Virus record (IMG/VR): IMGVR_UViG_3300035703_000067
Coordinates: 7,592 to 71,591 of that record
Strand: one strand, 5' to 3'
Source: a virus
DNA: 64,000 bases
This document shows positions 9,154 to 19,649 of the stretch, piece by piece (position 1 is the first letter of the stretch; every line of letters begins with the position of its first letter). The notes below the pieces were generated by a model, which searched no databases, was not told the origin of the DNA, and saw nothing but the letters and a program-made list of their open reading frames with translations. The position numbers were made by a program, and so were the translations under genes.

Positions 9154-9979
9154 CAAGCCAAAAAAAAAAACCACATATATGTGCATATATTTACACGTAG
9201 AAGCTGAATACAGCTTAAACAGCTGAAATTACATATACATACATTTTTTTTCTCGTTCTGGAAGTGAGATGAGATGCATGCCCTATAGCCCCCTAGACTG
9301 GGGTGGTTGCGAGTGTGCTAGGATGTTCTCACGCGCAGGCGCGCGGGTATTCCTACTTAGCTTGCCTGGCGTCCGGCGCCTCCCTGGCGACAGCCTTGCG
9401 CCGATCGCGGCGATGCTGTAGGATTCCAGCAGCAACCGAACCGCCCCGGAGAGCGCCGCTCTCGCGGACGGCGTACCGGTTGTGCCCACCCGCACCTGGA
9501 CAACCGAACACCCTGGCCCCTGGGAGCCCGCGGCTTTGCTGCGCCCATCGGCCAATCGCGCTTCCCTCCTTGTGTGGGTTTCGCGATTCCCGGATTGATC
9601 GCTTGACCGATCCGGGGGCAAGGGTGCTACGTTAGGTGCAACGCCGGAAGCCTCACGGGGCGACCGGCGGAACCTAGACAATCGAAGAATCGCGCGGCCC
9701 GCGCATGGGAGCGGAACATCTCCCCTCTACCCGCCGCTTTTCTATCTGAGCTAACGCAAGTAACGCGTTTGCACAATGCGTTAGCAGGATAGGCAGTCCC
9801 CACACCGGACCATAGGTGTGCTGTCACTTGAACCGGCCCGCCGGTCATCCTACAGTCAAGCTGTAGCAAGTGACAGTAAGGTTTGACTCGTTACTTTATA
9901 GCGAACCGGCACAGTCGCACTGTGCAAAGCATTTGCCCCTGGCCTTTTGGTCGGGGGCTTAAACATTTGGAGGATTGCT
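9154..9979. other. Long non-coding region (AT-rich block, GC-rich block, early promoter); candidate origin or genome-end region
   Basis: Poly-A and poly-T tracts at 9160-9251, palindrome CACATATATGTG, no credible ORF. Confidence 0.5.
9828..9856 (+). promoter_or_regulatory. Sigma70-type early promoter
   Basis: TTGAAC-N17-TACAGT ahead of the first early gene (GGAGG RBS at ~9969). Confidence 0.55.
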
Positions 9980-10279
9980 ATGCGTATTTCGCATAATCGC
10001 CCTCGTTCGCGCCACAAGCTGGCGCAATGGGAGGCTGAACGCGTTCGTCAGGCGCGCAACGGTTTGATTGTTGAAACAAAACCCAATACAAAACCGGCAG
10101 AATCGCGCAGCTTGCGCGCAGCTTCATTCAAGGAAGCCACACCGTATCGGCGAGAATTGTCGCCCCGCGCTGTTCGCCGTCCGAAACAGCTTAAAGCTGA
10201 TCAGGCCCGCAATCGCGCCGCCATTGCCATTGCTGCAACGGGTGATGTGGAATTGTTCCGCGCCGTTGTGCACATTTGA
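9980..10279 (+). CDS. Basic hypothetical early protein
   Basis: GGAGG RBS then ATG; Arg-rich, 99 aa. Confidence 0.65.
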   Translation: MRISHNRPRSRHKLAQWEAERVRQARNGLIVETKPNTKPAESRSLRAASFKEATPYRRELSPRAVRRPKQLKADQARNRAAIAIAATGDVELFRAVVHI

Positions 10280-10321
10280 CCGTTTCGCAAAACGGTTGCT
10301 GTTCACCCTGTATTTATTGAG

Positions 10322-12324
10322 ATGAACCCTGATCAATTCCGGTACATGTCGCCTACGGGCCTTAAACGCGCCGAAACCCAATGGGTCGGCCGTGTCGAGA
10401 TTATTTGCCTTGATAGGTATCAGCGTCTGCCCATGAATTGGGCAATTAAGCACAAAGGCTACCATGAGTTTCGCACACTTAGTGCGGCTAAAAAGTTTGC
10501 GAAAGCAATCTGAGCTGATTATGGCATTAGATCTACTGTCACTGAACCTAACTGACGCGCAACTGCGCGCAGTATCGGCCATGCTGTGTGAATCACAGCA
10601 GAAACATAACGCGGAACTACTGCACATCCGCGCTGCAGTTAAGCGTGAGACAGACAAGCTCAGACTAATCTCCGCCGATGCGGCATCGCATCGCTTGTGT
10701 GATCGTTTATGCGCTCTGTGATCATCTCCCACAAACATCCCCCAGGCACATTGTGTCTGGGGTTGTTTATGTGAGGTGCTCTTTGCACCTTTTCCCTCTC
10801 GCAGTGAGTTATCTGCACTATGCACAAAGTCCACTACAACTGGGTGAAAGTTAAGCTTGCTTGTAAGCAACACTTTCAAGCAAATGAGTCAACTTACCTA
10901 GGCGACAGTATTGCCCAACGTGAATACTGGCTCAACTTCACCGACGACCTGTCACGCTGCGGCCTTATTACGCAGCACCAGCGCGACACTTGGTCGTGCC
11001 CTTTTTGACTCATTCCTGATCTGTTCGTTTGCTTTTCACAACATGAAATGGTTATCACCCGGATCCCTTATCGGTCCGCACTGGGAAGTCCAGCTCAAAC
11101 ATGTAGTAACCGGCGAATGGGTTACTTACACCGAACACACGACAGAAGCTAGTGCTACCGCTCTAGCTGAGCGGTACAACATCGCCTGCGACAGCAACGA
11201 TTCCCGCGTTATCGAAGTCAAATGATTCAAGAATACGCAACACCCGCCGACTTTGAGCGTTGGCGCGACCATGCAGAAACTCTCGATTGCGGAGCTCTGC
11301 GCTACATCGTGCGCGATTGTCGCGCCGCTGCCGCAAACATGCGCGGCTGGAATCCTATTCGTGAGGGCTACTACGAAGATCAGGCATTCACCTATGCCGA
11401 CGAACTAGCCCGTCGCTCACGCTAACCCATTGGATCTGAAGTAATGACAACCGTTTACCGTGTCGGTACTGGCGAGACTTTCGCCTACACACTCGCTCCC
11501 GCGCAGGCCGTCATCGCTGCCTACGAACAGCACACCTGCGGCAACTGGAATACGTGGCGCTACCGCGACCCGTCTCAATACAACGGCTATCGCCGCACCG
11601 AGCGCGGCCACGAATGCAACGGCTACTGGGCAAAAGCATGAATCCCCAAATCACACTCAACCCATCCGACTTCGACGCGCTACTGAAGTATTTTGCGCGT
11701 GCAAATCAGTTTCATTATGACGGTTATTGCTCCCAGGAAGAGTTTGAAACCGTCCAGGACTACATCGACCAGATTAAAGACCTCGCTCTTAACTACCGCC
11801 AATGACTTTCAAAATCATCTGGACAACTCCGTCCGGCCGATTTGGCTGGACTGAGATCACCGACTGCATCGATATGGAAGATGCAATGGAATTCTTTCAC
11901 ACAAATGTCAGAGGTGCAGACGCACCCGCTGACGCTGAAATTGACACTGTACGCAAAGTTTGACCATGGATCGCTATACCAAGACCACAGAAGTGTGGTT
12001 CCTGCTCCATCAAGTGGAACAGCTAATCATCAACGACCCAGCCTACATCTACGTCCTGCGCGACGTGTCCAACTGCATGGACCGGGTTGAAACAATCCAG
12101 CACGACATAGAGGTATCCGGCCAATGAGCATCACTTTCACCCGCCACATCGGCGGATTTGTTGTGCGGTTCAACCGCGCACTCGCAGGTGTCATCTACCT
12201 GCCACGCCCTGACGAACAGATCTGGCGCTTCGTCAATAGCGAGGGCGATTGCTTTACGGCCGACACGCTGAATGACATTCAGCGACTGGCCAGCGACATG
12301 TTGCTGATTGATTGCGCTGCCTGA
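10322..12324 (+). other. Array of ten small early ORFs (10322-10513, 10521-10721, 10820-11008, 11043-11225, 11222-11425, 11444-11641, 11638-11805, 11802-11963, 11966-12127, 12124-12324)
   Basis: Co-directional, tightly packed or ATGA-overlapping 53-67 aa ORFs; typical host-takeover region. Confidence 0.7.
10788..10810 (+). repeat. Repeated early-gene leader CCTTTCCCTCTCGCAGTGAGTT (second copy ~12375-12396)
   Basis: 22-nt exact repeat; each copy follows a hairpin and lies 5-9 nt before an ATG. Confidence 0.8.
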
Positions 12325-12401
12325 CTCGCCCCCAGAGCCTTTCCCTCACGGGTGGGCTCTCTGGGCGCTTCGCGCCTTTCCCTCTCGCAGTGAGTTCTGC
12401 T

Positions 12402-13133
12402 ATGGCCAAAAAGCCTCCCGGTGTGATCATCGATCAGGGCATCTCGCCCATCGACGGCTCGCCCTATGTGGCGATCATGGTTCTCGAGTCCGAGAACAGC
12501 AAGACCGGCAATATGTGCCAGGTCTACATCCTCCGCCCGGATGTGCATCCGCTGGAGGCAATTGCCTCCGGCGACGACCGCACCATCTGCGGCGACTGCC
12601 CCCACCGCCGCCGCCAGATCTGGGATGCCAAGCGCAAGCGCTTCAAGTGGGTGCGCAGCTGCTACGTCAACGTCGGCAAATCGGTTGCTGGCGTCTGGCG
12701 TGCTTTCACCCGTGGCAGTTACCCCGAGTACGACGCCGCGCTCCACGCCCGCTACCTACGCGGCCGCCGCATCCGTTGGGGTGCCTATGGCGACCCTGCC
12801 ATCCTCAATGAGAGCGTGGTGCGCGATCGCACCGCCATCGCGGACGGGCACACTGGTTACACACACCAGTGGCGCCACGAGTTCGCTCAGTGGTGCCGTG
12901 GCCTGTTCCAGGCATCGTGCGATTCCTTCGCCGACTACCTGGAAGCGAGCGATGCGGGCTGGCGTACCTTTGCCGTGGTGCCTAAGGGCGACACGCCCTA
13001 CAGCGGCAAGCTTTGCCCCGCCACGGCCGAGAATTCTCAAGCGCAGTGCCTGACGTGCCGCTTGTGCGATGGCGCCAAAACCGACATCTTTGTCGAGGCC
13101 CATGGCGTCGGCGCTGCCTTTGTCGGCGCGTGA
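12402..13133 (+). CDS. Cys-rich putative Fe-S protein (phage gp88-like / radical-SAM-like)
   Basis: NSKTG, CGDCPH...CYV, RWGAYGDP, GYTHQW, CPA...CLTCRLC. Confidence 0.65.
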   Translation: MAKKPPGVIIDQGISPIDGSPYVAIMVLESENSKTGNMCQVYILRPDVHPLEAIASGDDRTICGDCPHRRRQIWDAKRKRFKWVRSCYVNVGKSVAGVWRAFTRGSYPEYDAALHARYLRGRRIRWGAYGDPAILNESVVRDRTAIADGHTGYTHQWRHEFAQWCRGLFQASCDSFADYLEASDAGWRTFAVVPKGDTPYSGKLCPATAENSQAQCLTCRLCDGAKTDIFVEAHGVGAAFVGA

Positions 13134-13145
13134 CCTGTTCCCGAT

Positions 13146-13178
13146 TAGGTTGACCTTTTCCCGTGAAACAACTACTCT
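13146..13178 (+). promoter_or_regulatory. Sigma70-type early promoter (repeat copy 1)
   Basis: TAGG-TTGACC-TTTT..N17-TACTCT; identical boxes at 16349-16381. Confidence 0.8.
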
Positions 13179-13201
13179 CTGGGCGTCGCCGCAGACGCCC
13201 C

Positions 13202-14319
13202 ATGCCCCCATGGATCGCAGCCGAGCACGTCGCCGGCTTCCTTCTCGGCCTGGCGCTCGCCGCCATGGCCATCGACCACGGAATGCGTCACCCGACGCAA
13301 ACCCTTCCGCCCACACCAACCCTCTACGCAGGCTCATGACCCCTGATCCACGTCCCCTTTCGCCACCGGACGCACCCGAACACATCGCTGAGCCCCATCC
13401 CGTCTGGCACTTCCTGTCAGACGACTGGGATCACGAACACTGGGTGGAGGATCCCACCGCCGTCGACATGCTCCTGGTGGAATACGCCGAGCGCGGCGAG
13501 CCCTTCACCATGCGCCAAATGCTCGTGAACGACTGACCCGTTCACGAACCAGATCACACTCATTTCATCCTCTCTCAAAAGCCAGTGACTATTTCCTATG
13601 TGAAGCGGCCAACGCGCCGCGCCCGTTGTTATGCGCCTTCCGGGCAAGTAGGGCAACGTCTTGCCCGAGCCCGTGAGCTACAGCTCCAGATCCAAGAATT
13701 AACCGCTCTGTACAAAACCGAGCGCACATGGCTCCTGGAGCACATGCAGAGCAAGTCGCTCACCAACCTCGCCCTGGGTGATGTGACGTGCGTTCTGAAG
13801 CAACGCGCTAAGTGGATCTACTCCATCGAAACCCAGCGCGAGATGGAGCGCCTCCAAATCACCCAGGAGTGGGAGCAATCGCGAGGAATCGCATCAAACG
13901 AACCCAGCTACTACGTCTCCCTTTCAACCACAGAAGCCAAATGAGCCCTGCAACTTTCGCCGCGCTTGATGCGCGGACTCAATTCCGCACCTTCACCGCG
14001 ATGGAGCGCCACGGCGGTGGCTTCTGCGCTGCCCTCGCCCAGGCGTGGTTCAAAGCCGACCAAGGCAACAAGCGCCGCATCGAGGCCGCCTTTCCCCACC
14101 TCCTCGACGACTACGGCCCCGATTCCAATTACTTCTACCTCCAAAACATCTGAGACCATGCGCACCATCACCCTTCAAGTCATCCGAGAGCACGGCAGCG
14201 AAACCCGTCTCGCCGTTCAAGTCGACGGTCGCCGTGGTGTTCCTTCATCCCTCGCCCCCGAGGAAGTCGGCACCTGGGTGCAGGGCTTCCTCGCCGCACT
14301 CCCCCCACTGGAGGACTAA
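13202..14319 (+). other. Small early ORFs (13202-13339 membrane peptide, 13336-13536, 13585-13944, 13941-14153, 14158-14319)
   Basis: Coupled co-directional ORFs downstream of the promoter. Confidence 0.6.
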
Positions 14320-14639
14320 TGCGCCGTTTCATCCTCGCCCTAGCGGCCGCCGCGCTTTGCACCCCAGCGCAAGCTCGCACCGTCACCGCCACCGTCTACG
14401 ACGGTTGGTATCACGGCCGCGTCGCCTATTGCGGCCAGACCTACCAGCACTGGGGCGTATCGGCCGCCCATCCCTGGCTCCCATGCGGCACCCGAGTGCG
14501 CGTCTCTCACCGAGGGCGCTCCCTGACGGTGCCCATCACCGACCGGTGCGACTGCAACTCCATCGACCTAAGTGCCGGTGCCGCCTATCGCCTGGGCGTC
14601 CCGCTCGACGGCATCGCTTCTGTGCAAATCAGCTATTGA
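14319..14639 (+). CDS. RlpA-like double-psi beta-barrel protein (putative lytic transglycosylase) with signal peptide
   Basis: Signal peptide; ATVYDGWYHGR...SAAHPWLPCGTRVRV...VPITDR...IDLS. Confidence 0.85.
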   Translation: MRRFILALAAAALCTPAQARTVTATVYDGWYHGRVAYCGQTYQHWGVSAAHPWLPCGTRVRVSHRGRSLTVPITDRCDCNSIDLSAGAAYRLGVPLDGIASVQISY

Positions 14640-14643
14640 TCAA

Positions 14644-15399
14644 ATGAACACGAACTGTTTACGAGGCATTCAGTGCCCTCAATGCAATTCAGTAGGTCCT
14701 TTCTGGATCACAGTTGAGACTCAGGTACTTATGCACGACGATGGCTGGTCTGACACATCATCCACCGACGAATGGGGAGTCTGGTCATTTATCCGTTGTG
14801 ATCAATGTGATTACCACGGAACCGTAGACGAGTTTAATTGCCAATCTTTATCCACATCAAATGACTGACCTCACCCTTCCCACCGTTCATCTCAACGGCA
14901 CCTCGCGCACGATGCTCGCCGAGGGCTACGGCAACGCCTACCGCAAGCTCCAGGAGGCCATCCTTTCCTTCGGCGAAATCGAACACAACGCTCGTGACTA
15001 CTACGTGCAAGGCCCTGGTGCCTGGCCACAAGCAGCGGAACAGCGTGTCCAGATGCGCGAGCACCTGAATGCGGTGCAGAAGTACCTCGAAGCCCACCTG
15101 ATTCACCTAGGCGAATGACTGACCCCACTTTCAACCTGCTTCAACTCGAGCGCCACCCCAACTGGTACGACCACCTCGGCGCAGCCGAGGCCGCCATGCG
15201 CGAGCAAGACCGCATCGACACCCTCCGCTCCCGCGCCGGATGGGAGGGCGACGAGGGCGGTTGGTACTCCCCCTGCGGGATGCACGAAACCGATTGGGAA
15301 CTCGAGGGCTACCCCTTCCCGGAAGACCCCGAGTACGCCTCCTGGGCCTCCGCCTTCTACCACTACGACGCGCTCGACGCTGCCACCCCCACCCCATGA
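14644..15399 (+). other. Three small early ORFs (14644-14868 CxxC Zn-finger-like, 14861-15118, 15115-15399)
   Basis: Overlapping start/stop codons; CPQC...CDQC in the first. Confidence 0.6.
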
Positions 15400-16181
15400 A
15401 GCTCCACCTCCCCTCGCTCCAGGCGGCGGCCCACATCGCCTCCGCCTCCCAGAAAGAGAGCTACCCCCTACGCCTGGTGCAGGTCGTGCGTCGCCCCGGC
15501 GGTGGCCACCGCTACCTCGCCACCTGCGACGGCCACGTCGCCATCGCTTGCGACCACCACTGCGAGCAGACCGTCTCCGCGACCCGTGCGGGCACCTTCG
15601 AGACGCAAACGCACCGTGTCCCGATCGAGGACACCCAGCTCCCCGAGGGTGTCGTCACCTTGATCTGGGCGGACAGCGTCCCCAAGCGCAAACCCACCCA
15701 GCGCGAGATCGCCACCGGCGACCTCTGGATCCCCGAGAGCCACCTCCAAACCTGGCGCATCCTCGAAGGTGACACCCGCCTCGAGATGCTGCCCGACGAT
15801 CGCATCCCCGGCGATCCGCACACCTCGACCCTGCTCGTGATCCCGCGCCTGCACAAGCTCCTGCGCGAGTTCGTGCCCGGCAACTACGCCGCCGGAACCT
15901 CCGCCCGCGTGAACGGCCGCTACCTCGGCATGCTCTCACGCGCCTCTGAACTCCTCGCCCGCGCCGTGCTCGTCAAGAGCATCCACGGCGACCTCTACGG
16001 CGACACCCCCTCACTCGAGTTCTTCACCGACCACCCCCTCGAGGGCGCTCCGATCCTGGTCGACCTCACTGCTCAGCGTTGGGACGACTCCGACGCTTTC
16101 ACCGCCTGGGCGCAACTCATGCCCATCCAACGCCGCCGCGAAGGTATCCGTGGCAAACAACCACTCGCCGCAGTCGCATGA
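15396..16181 (+). CDS. Hypothetical protein with possible beta-sliding-clamp-like N-terminus
   Basis: AAAHIAS...YPLRLVQV...LATCDGH resembles the clamp R..L.GV...ATDGH segment. Confidence 0.45.
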   Translation: MKLHLPSLQAAAHIASASQKESYPLRLVQVVRRPGGGHRYLATCDGHVAIACDHHCEQTVSATRAGTFETQTHRVPIEDTQLPEGVVTLIWADSVPKRKPTQREIATGDLWIPESHLQTWRILEGDTRLEMLPDDRIPGDPHTSTLLVIPRLHKLLREFVPGNYAAGTSARVNGRYLGMLSRASELLARAVLVKSIHGDLYGDTPSLEFFTDHPLEGAPILVDLTAQRWDDSDAFTAWAQLMPIQRRREGIRGKQPLAAVA

Positions 16182-16351
16182 TTCACCCCTACTCCAAGCG
16201 CTCCAGCCAGCGCGTCACGATCACGATCCCCTACACCGTCCACGAGCGCGTCTGCGCTCTGGCCGACAAACAAGGCCGCTCAGCCTCCAACCTCATGGCC
16301 TACCTCCTCGAGGGCGCACTGGACCGCCTCGACTCATCCTCACCGGAATAG
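16178..16351 (+). CDS. Ribbon-helix-helix (CopG/Arc-like) protein
   Basis: RVTITIPYTVHERVCALADKQGRSASNLMAYLLE. Confidence 0.8.
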   Translation: MIHPYSKRSSQRVTITIPYTVHERVCALADKQGRSASNLMAYLLEGALDRLDSSSPE

Positions 16352-16381
16352 GTTGACCTTTTGCCCCGTTCCCTCTACTCT
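16349..16381 (+). promoter_or_regulatory. Sigma70-type early promoter (repeat copy 2)
   Basis: TAGG-TTGACC-TTTT..N17-TACTCT. Confidence 0.8.
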
Positions 16382-16465
16382 TCGCCCAGGGCCGCACAGC
16401 CTGTCCTCCCGAGGGGCGCGTCTCGGCCCAACGCGCAGTTCATCCACGTCTTTCACCTCAGCCAA

Positions 16466-17542
16466 ATGACTTTCACCACCAACCGCGTCTCCACCGCCTA
16501 CGCCGCCGACGGCATCGGCCCCATGGTCTACGGCAAGTACCGCGCTCGCGGCTACGCCGTGAACCCCCTGATCGACCGGGTGGGCACCGCCATCCCCGAG
16601 AACGTCTCGGCATCGGATGCCTTCCGCATCGCCGGCCTCGATTGGACCGCCGACAAGCGCCCCGCCTTCTTCATGGGTGCCGACGGCCCGGTGCAAGCGC
16701 CCGAGCATTGCGCCATCGTCCGCAGTGACAACGACAAGCTCCTCGGCCTCCACGGCTCGGGGTACACCCCGGTCCAGAACACCGCGCTGATCAACCTCCT
16801 GGACTACCTCCGCGAGGACATCACCATCGAGAACGTGCTCTCGATCCGCGACGGCCGCAAGGTGTTCGCCACCGCCTCGATCTCCACCGAGGACGAGGTA
16901 CTCCCCGGCGACAAGGTGCGCCGCTACCTCCACCTGTTCAACTCCCATGACGGGAGCAGCGGTTTCGGGGTGTTCTTCTCCGACGTGCGCCTGGCGTGCG
17001 CCAACCAGCTCGCCTACCTCACGGGCAAAGCGGTGGGCACCGCCATCACCAACGGCACTGGCCTACGCCGCAAGCACACCGCCTCCGTCACCGAGTTCGC
17101 CCAGCAACTCCCCCACCTGATCGACCTGGAGCGCCGGAGCTTCCGCAAGTCCATCGACGAGCTTCGCGCCCTCACCGGGGTGCAGCTCACCACCGAGTTG
17201 GCCCGGCGTGTCCTCGAGACCACCTACGCCGACAAGCTGGCCACCCCGATCAAGGACAAAGACAGCGGCAAGCCTCGCCAGCGCACCATCGGAGACCTCA
17301 AAGAGGTTGACGTGATCCGTGGCCACTTCGCTGGTGACACCGGCCTGGGTATCCGCGACCTCCCCGGATGCGCCGGCACCCTCTACGGCCTGTACAACGC
17401 CATCACCCAGTTCGAGACGCACGACTCCGGTCGGGCGAAGGACGAAACCGAGCGCGCCCGCGCCCGTCTCGAGTCCCTCTGGGGTGGCACCAGCGCCAAG
17501 CGCATCGAGCGCGCCCGTGAGGCATGCCTCGCACTCGTCTGA
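16466..17542 (+). CDS. DUF932/DUF945-family phage/plasmid protein
   Basis: AGLDW, YTPVQN, NSHDGS, RLACAN, GTLYGLYNAITQF motifs. Confidence 0.85.
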   Translation: MTFTTNRVSTAYAADGIGPMVYGKYRARGYAVNPLIDRVGTAIPENVSASDAFRIAGLDWTADKRPAFFMGADGPVQAPEHCAIVRSDNDKLLGLHGSGYTPVQNTALINLLDYLREDITIENVLSIRDGRKVFATASISTEDEVLPGDKVRRYLHLFNSHDGSSGFGVFFSDVRLACANQLAYLTGKAVGTAITNGTGLRRKHTASVTEFAQQLPHLIDLERRSFRKSIDELRALTGVQLTTELARRVLETTYADKLATPIKDKDSGKPRQRTIGDLKEVDVIRGHFAGDTGLGIRDLPGCAGTLYGLYNAITQFETHDSGRAKDETERARARLESLWGGTSAKRIERAREACLALV

Positions 17543-17626
17543 AGCTTCGTCAGACTTATCCCGTCCGGGACCGGTTACGGGGGCATCTTGCCCCCTTCAG
17601 TTCTCCCACTATTCACAGCACCGTAA

Positions 17627-17917
17627 ATGCCTGAGATCGCCATTGTTTCCAAGAATCCTTCACTTGTTGCCTGGCTTAACGCCAAAGGCATCAAAGGATC
17701 CGTATACGACTACGCCAACCCTGGCGATGTTGCCCACAAACACGTCTACGGCATCGTGCCCTACTGGATGGCCGCTTTCGCCGATTGCGTCTCCGAGGTG
17801 AGCATGCCCCACCTCGACCGCGAGGACCGCGACCGCTTCAACCGAGGCCAGCTCACCACCCAAGAGATGGACGCTGCCGGCGCAGAACTCGTCACCTACC
17901 GAGTGCGCCGCATTTGA
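17627..17917 (+). CDS. Csx16-like protein (putative ring nuclease / anti-type-III-CRISPR)
   Basis: IVSKNPSLVAWL...HVYGIVPYWMAA...RGQLTTQEMDAAGAELVTYRV resembles Csx16 (SRHPGA.EW, VIGTLP.HLAA, RG.ELS.E....GA.L..Y.V). Confidence 0.6.
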   Translation: MPEIAIVSKNPSLVAWLNAKGIKGSVYDYANPGDVAHKHVYGIVPYWMAAFADCVSEVSMPHLDREDRDRFNRGQLTTQEMDAAGAELVTYRVRRI

Positions 17918-17926
17918 GCGCCCGAT

Positions 17927-17995
17927 AAAAAGCCCCGGTTTCTCAGGCCGGGGCGTTCATCCACGCAGTGACCAGTGAGTAAACATCACCACGCC
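17927..17995 (-). ncRNA. Candidate ~70-nt small RNA antisense to early-gene leaders
   Basis: Minus-strand TAGACT box at 18006-18001; ~40-nt body; GCCCCGG/CCGGGGC hairpin plus U5 terminator. Confidence 0.5.
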
Positions 17996-18108
17996 AAATC
18001 AGTCTATGTCTGAGGCTCGCCGACCGGCGCAACCGCGTCAGAATGACCGAGCACGGGTGCCGCCCCTGAGCCGCACCACGCGCATAAGCCCCCTACCGCC
18101 CCTCCGAC

Positions 18109-19185
18109 ATGGACACCTCCATGGCAGGTTTCGCTGCGTATGAACTTATGCAAGTGACAACAGGAATAGCTCTGTACACCACATTTGCTACAGCAAACGA
18201 GATTCTCCGAGCCAATGCAAACCTCAAACAACGCGGCATTGAATCCCGCTTCGTTCCTGCAGGATCCTTTGTCATGCCGTCACTACACCACTAGGTACGT
18301 CATCCGTACCGAGCGCGGCTTCCTTGCAGCCTGCACCGGCATCGGTGGCGTCCCCGTCGAAGAGGTTCCCGACCCCTTCGCAGCGGTGCGCTTTGCGGAC
18401 CTCGACACCGCCGCCTACCGCGCCCGAGCCCTTCTCAAGCTCGGTTGGGACCACCACCTACGCATCGTGGCGCTCCGCGTCCCGATGTTCTGAACCCCTT
18501 CATCCACGCATTTCACGTCATGTCTGAATCTTTCTGGTCGTCACTCGCCACCTATTGCCAGGAACTCGCCCCCGTGGCTGGCCCTCTCCTTGGTGCCGTT
18601 GGTGAGACCGCTTCTGCCGTAGAGCGCGCCGGTCGCCAAACCAAATCGCTCAAGGCCGCGTCACGCACCCTCGAGGCGGACCTCCTCGCCACCGAGGACG
18701 ACTTCTAAACCCCAACCGCACCCCGTTCATGTCTGAGACCGCAACCCACTCGTTCATGCCGGGGTGCAACCCCTTGGTGCAGCAAGCACGGCAGGACTAC
18801 ATCGAAACCCTCTACGAGCAAGACGGCCGCCACAACCCTGAGCACCCATTGCACGGCCTCTACACCGGGCTCTGGGAGCTCTACATCGGCCACCGCTGCA
18901 CGGATGAGGACCAATGACCGCCGACGTGAGTGTGACCTACCGCCTCGACGATCAAGGGAACGACTGTTACTGGATCTGTCTCCCCGAGCACGACGTGTGC
19001 TCAATCGTCTCCTCCGCGCACCTGATCGAGGAGCGCACAACGCAGTTGTTACGCCGCTTTAGCGCATGAAACGCTACGCCGTCCTCGCTCTCGCCCTGGG
19101 CCTCGTTGTCGGAGCAACGCTCCGCTGGGCGACCAGCCCCATCAACCCCACTCTTTCCCCCGACGCACCGGATCAATGGCAATGA
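18109..19185 (+). other. Small early ORFs (18109-18294, 18274-18493, 18520-18708, 18729-18917, 18914-19069, 19066-19185)
   Basis: Coupled co-directional short ORFs. Confidence 0.55.
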
Positions 19186-19499
19186 ACTGCCCCAAGTGCG
19201 CCACGCGGATGCGCGTTGTGCATAGCCAGAGCTTCGACAACCTCACACAACGCTGGTATCGCTGCCCCGAGTGCGAAGAAGGGCTACGCACCTGCGAAAC
19301 GATCCATCTCGGTGGCCCAAAGCGCAACCCGAAGGGCTCTGAGCATCCAAACGCAGTCCTGACTGAAGAGAACGTGCGCGCCCTTCGCGCTGCACACGAA
19401 CGCGGTGTTTCCTTAAGTCAACTCGCCATCGAGTACGGCATCCACCGGAGCACAGTGATCAACATCACCACCGGTCGCGCCTGGAGCCACGTCGCATGA
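19176..19499 (+). CDS. Zn-ribbon plus HTH protein
   Basis: CPKC...RCPEC..GLRTCE (NrdR/Ogr-like ribbon); LSQLAIEYGIHRSTVINITTGRAW HTH. Confidence 0.75.
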   Translation: MAMNCPKCATRMRVVHSQSFDNLTQRWYRCPECEEGLRTCETIHLGGPKRNPKGSEHPNAVLTEENVRALRAAHERGVSLSQLAIEYGIHRSTVINITTGRAWSHVA

Positions 19500-19649
19500 C
19501 CGACCTCGAAGCCTGGAAGGATTACTGCGACGCCAGCCTCGACCTAAGCAATCAGGACGACGTTGAAGAGTGCCCAGAAATGTTCGACTTGGTTTGGCCC
19601 AGTTGGATTGAACCAGACGAAGACGAGTAGTCATTACCACTAATCACCC

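Noticed and set aside
9283-9869. ORFs in the non-coding switch region
   Set aside because: Arg/Pro/Ala-rich translations without RBS or phage-like codon pattern.
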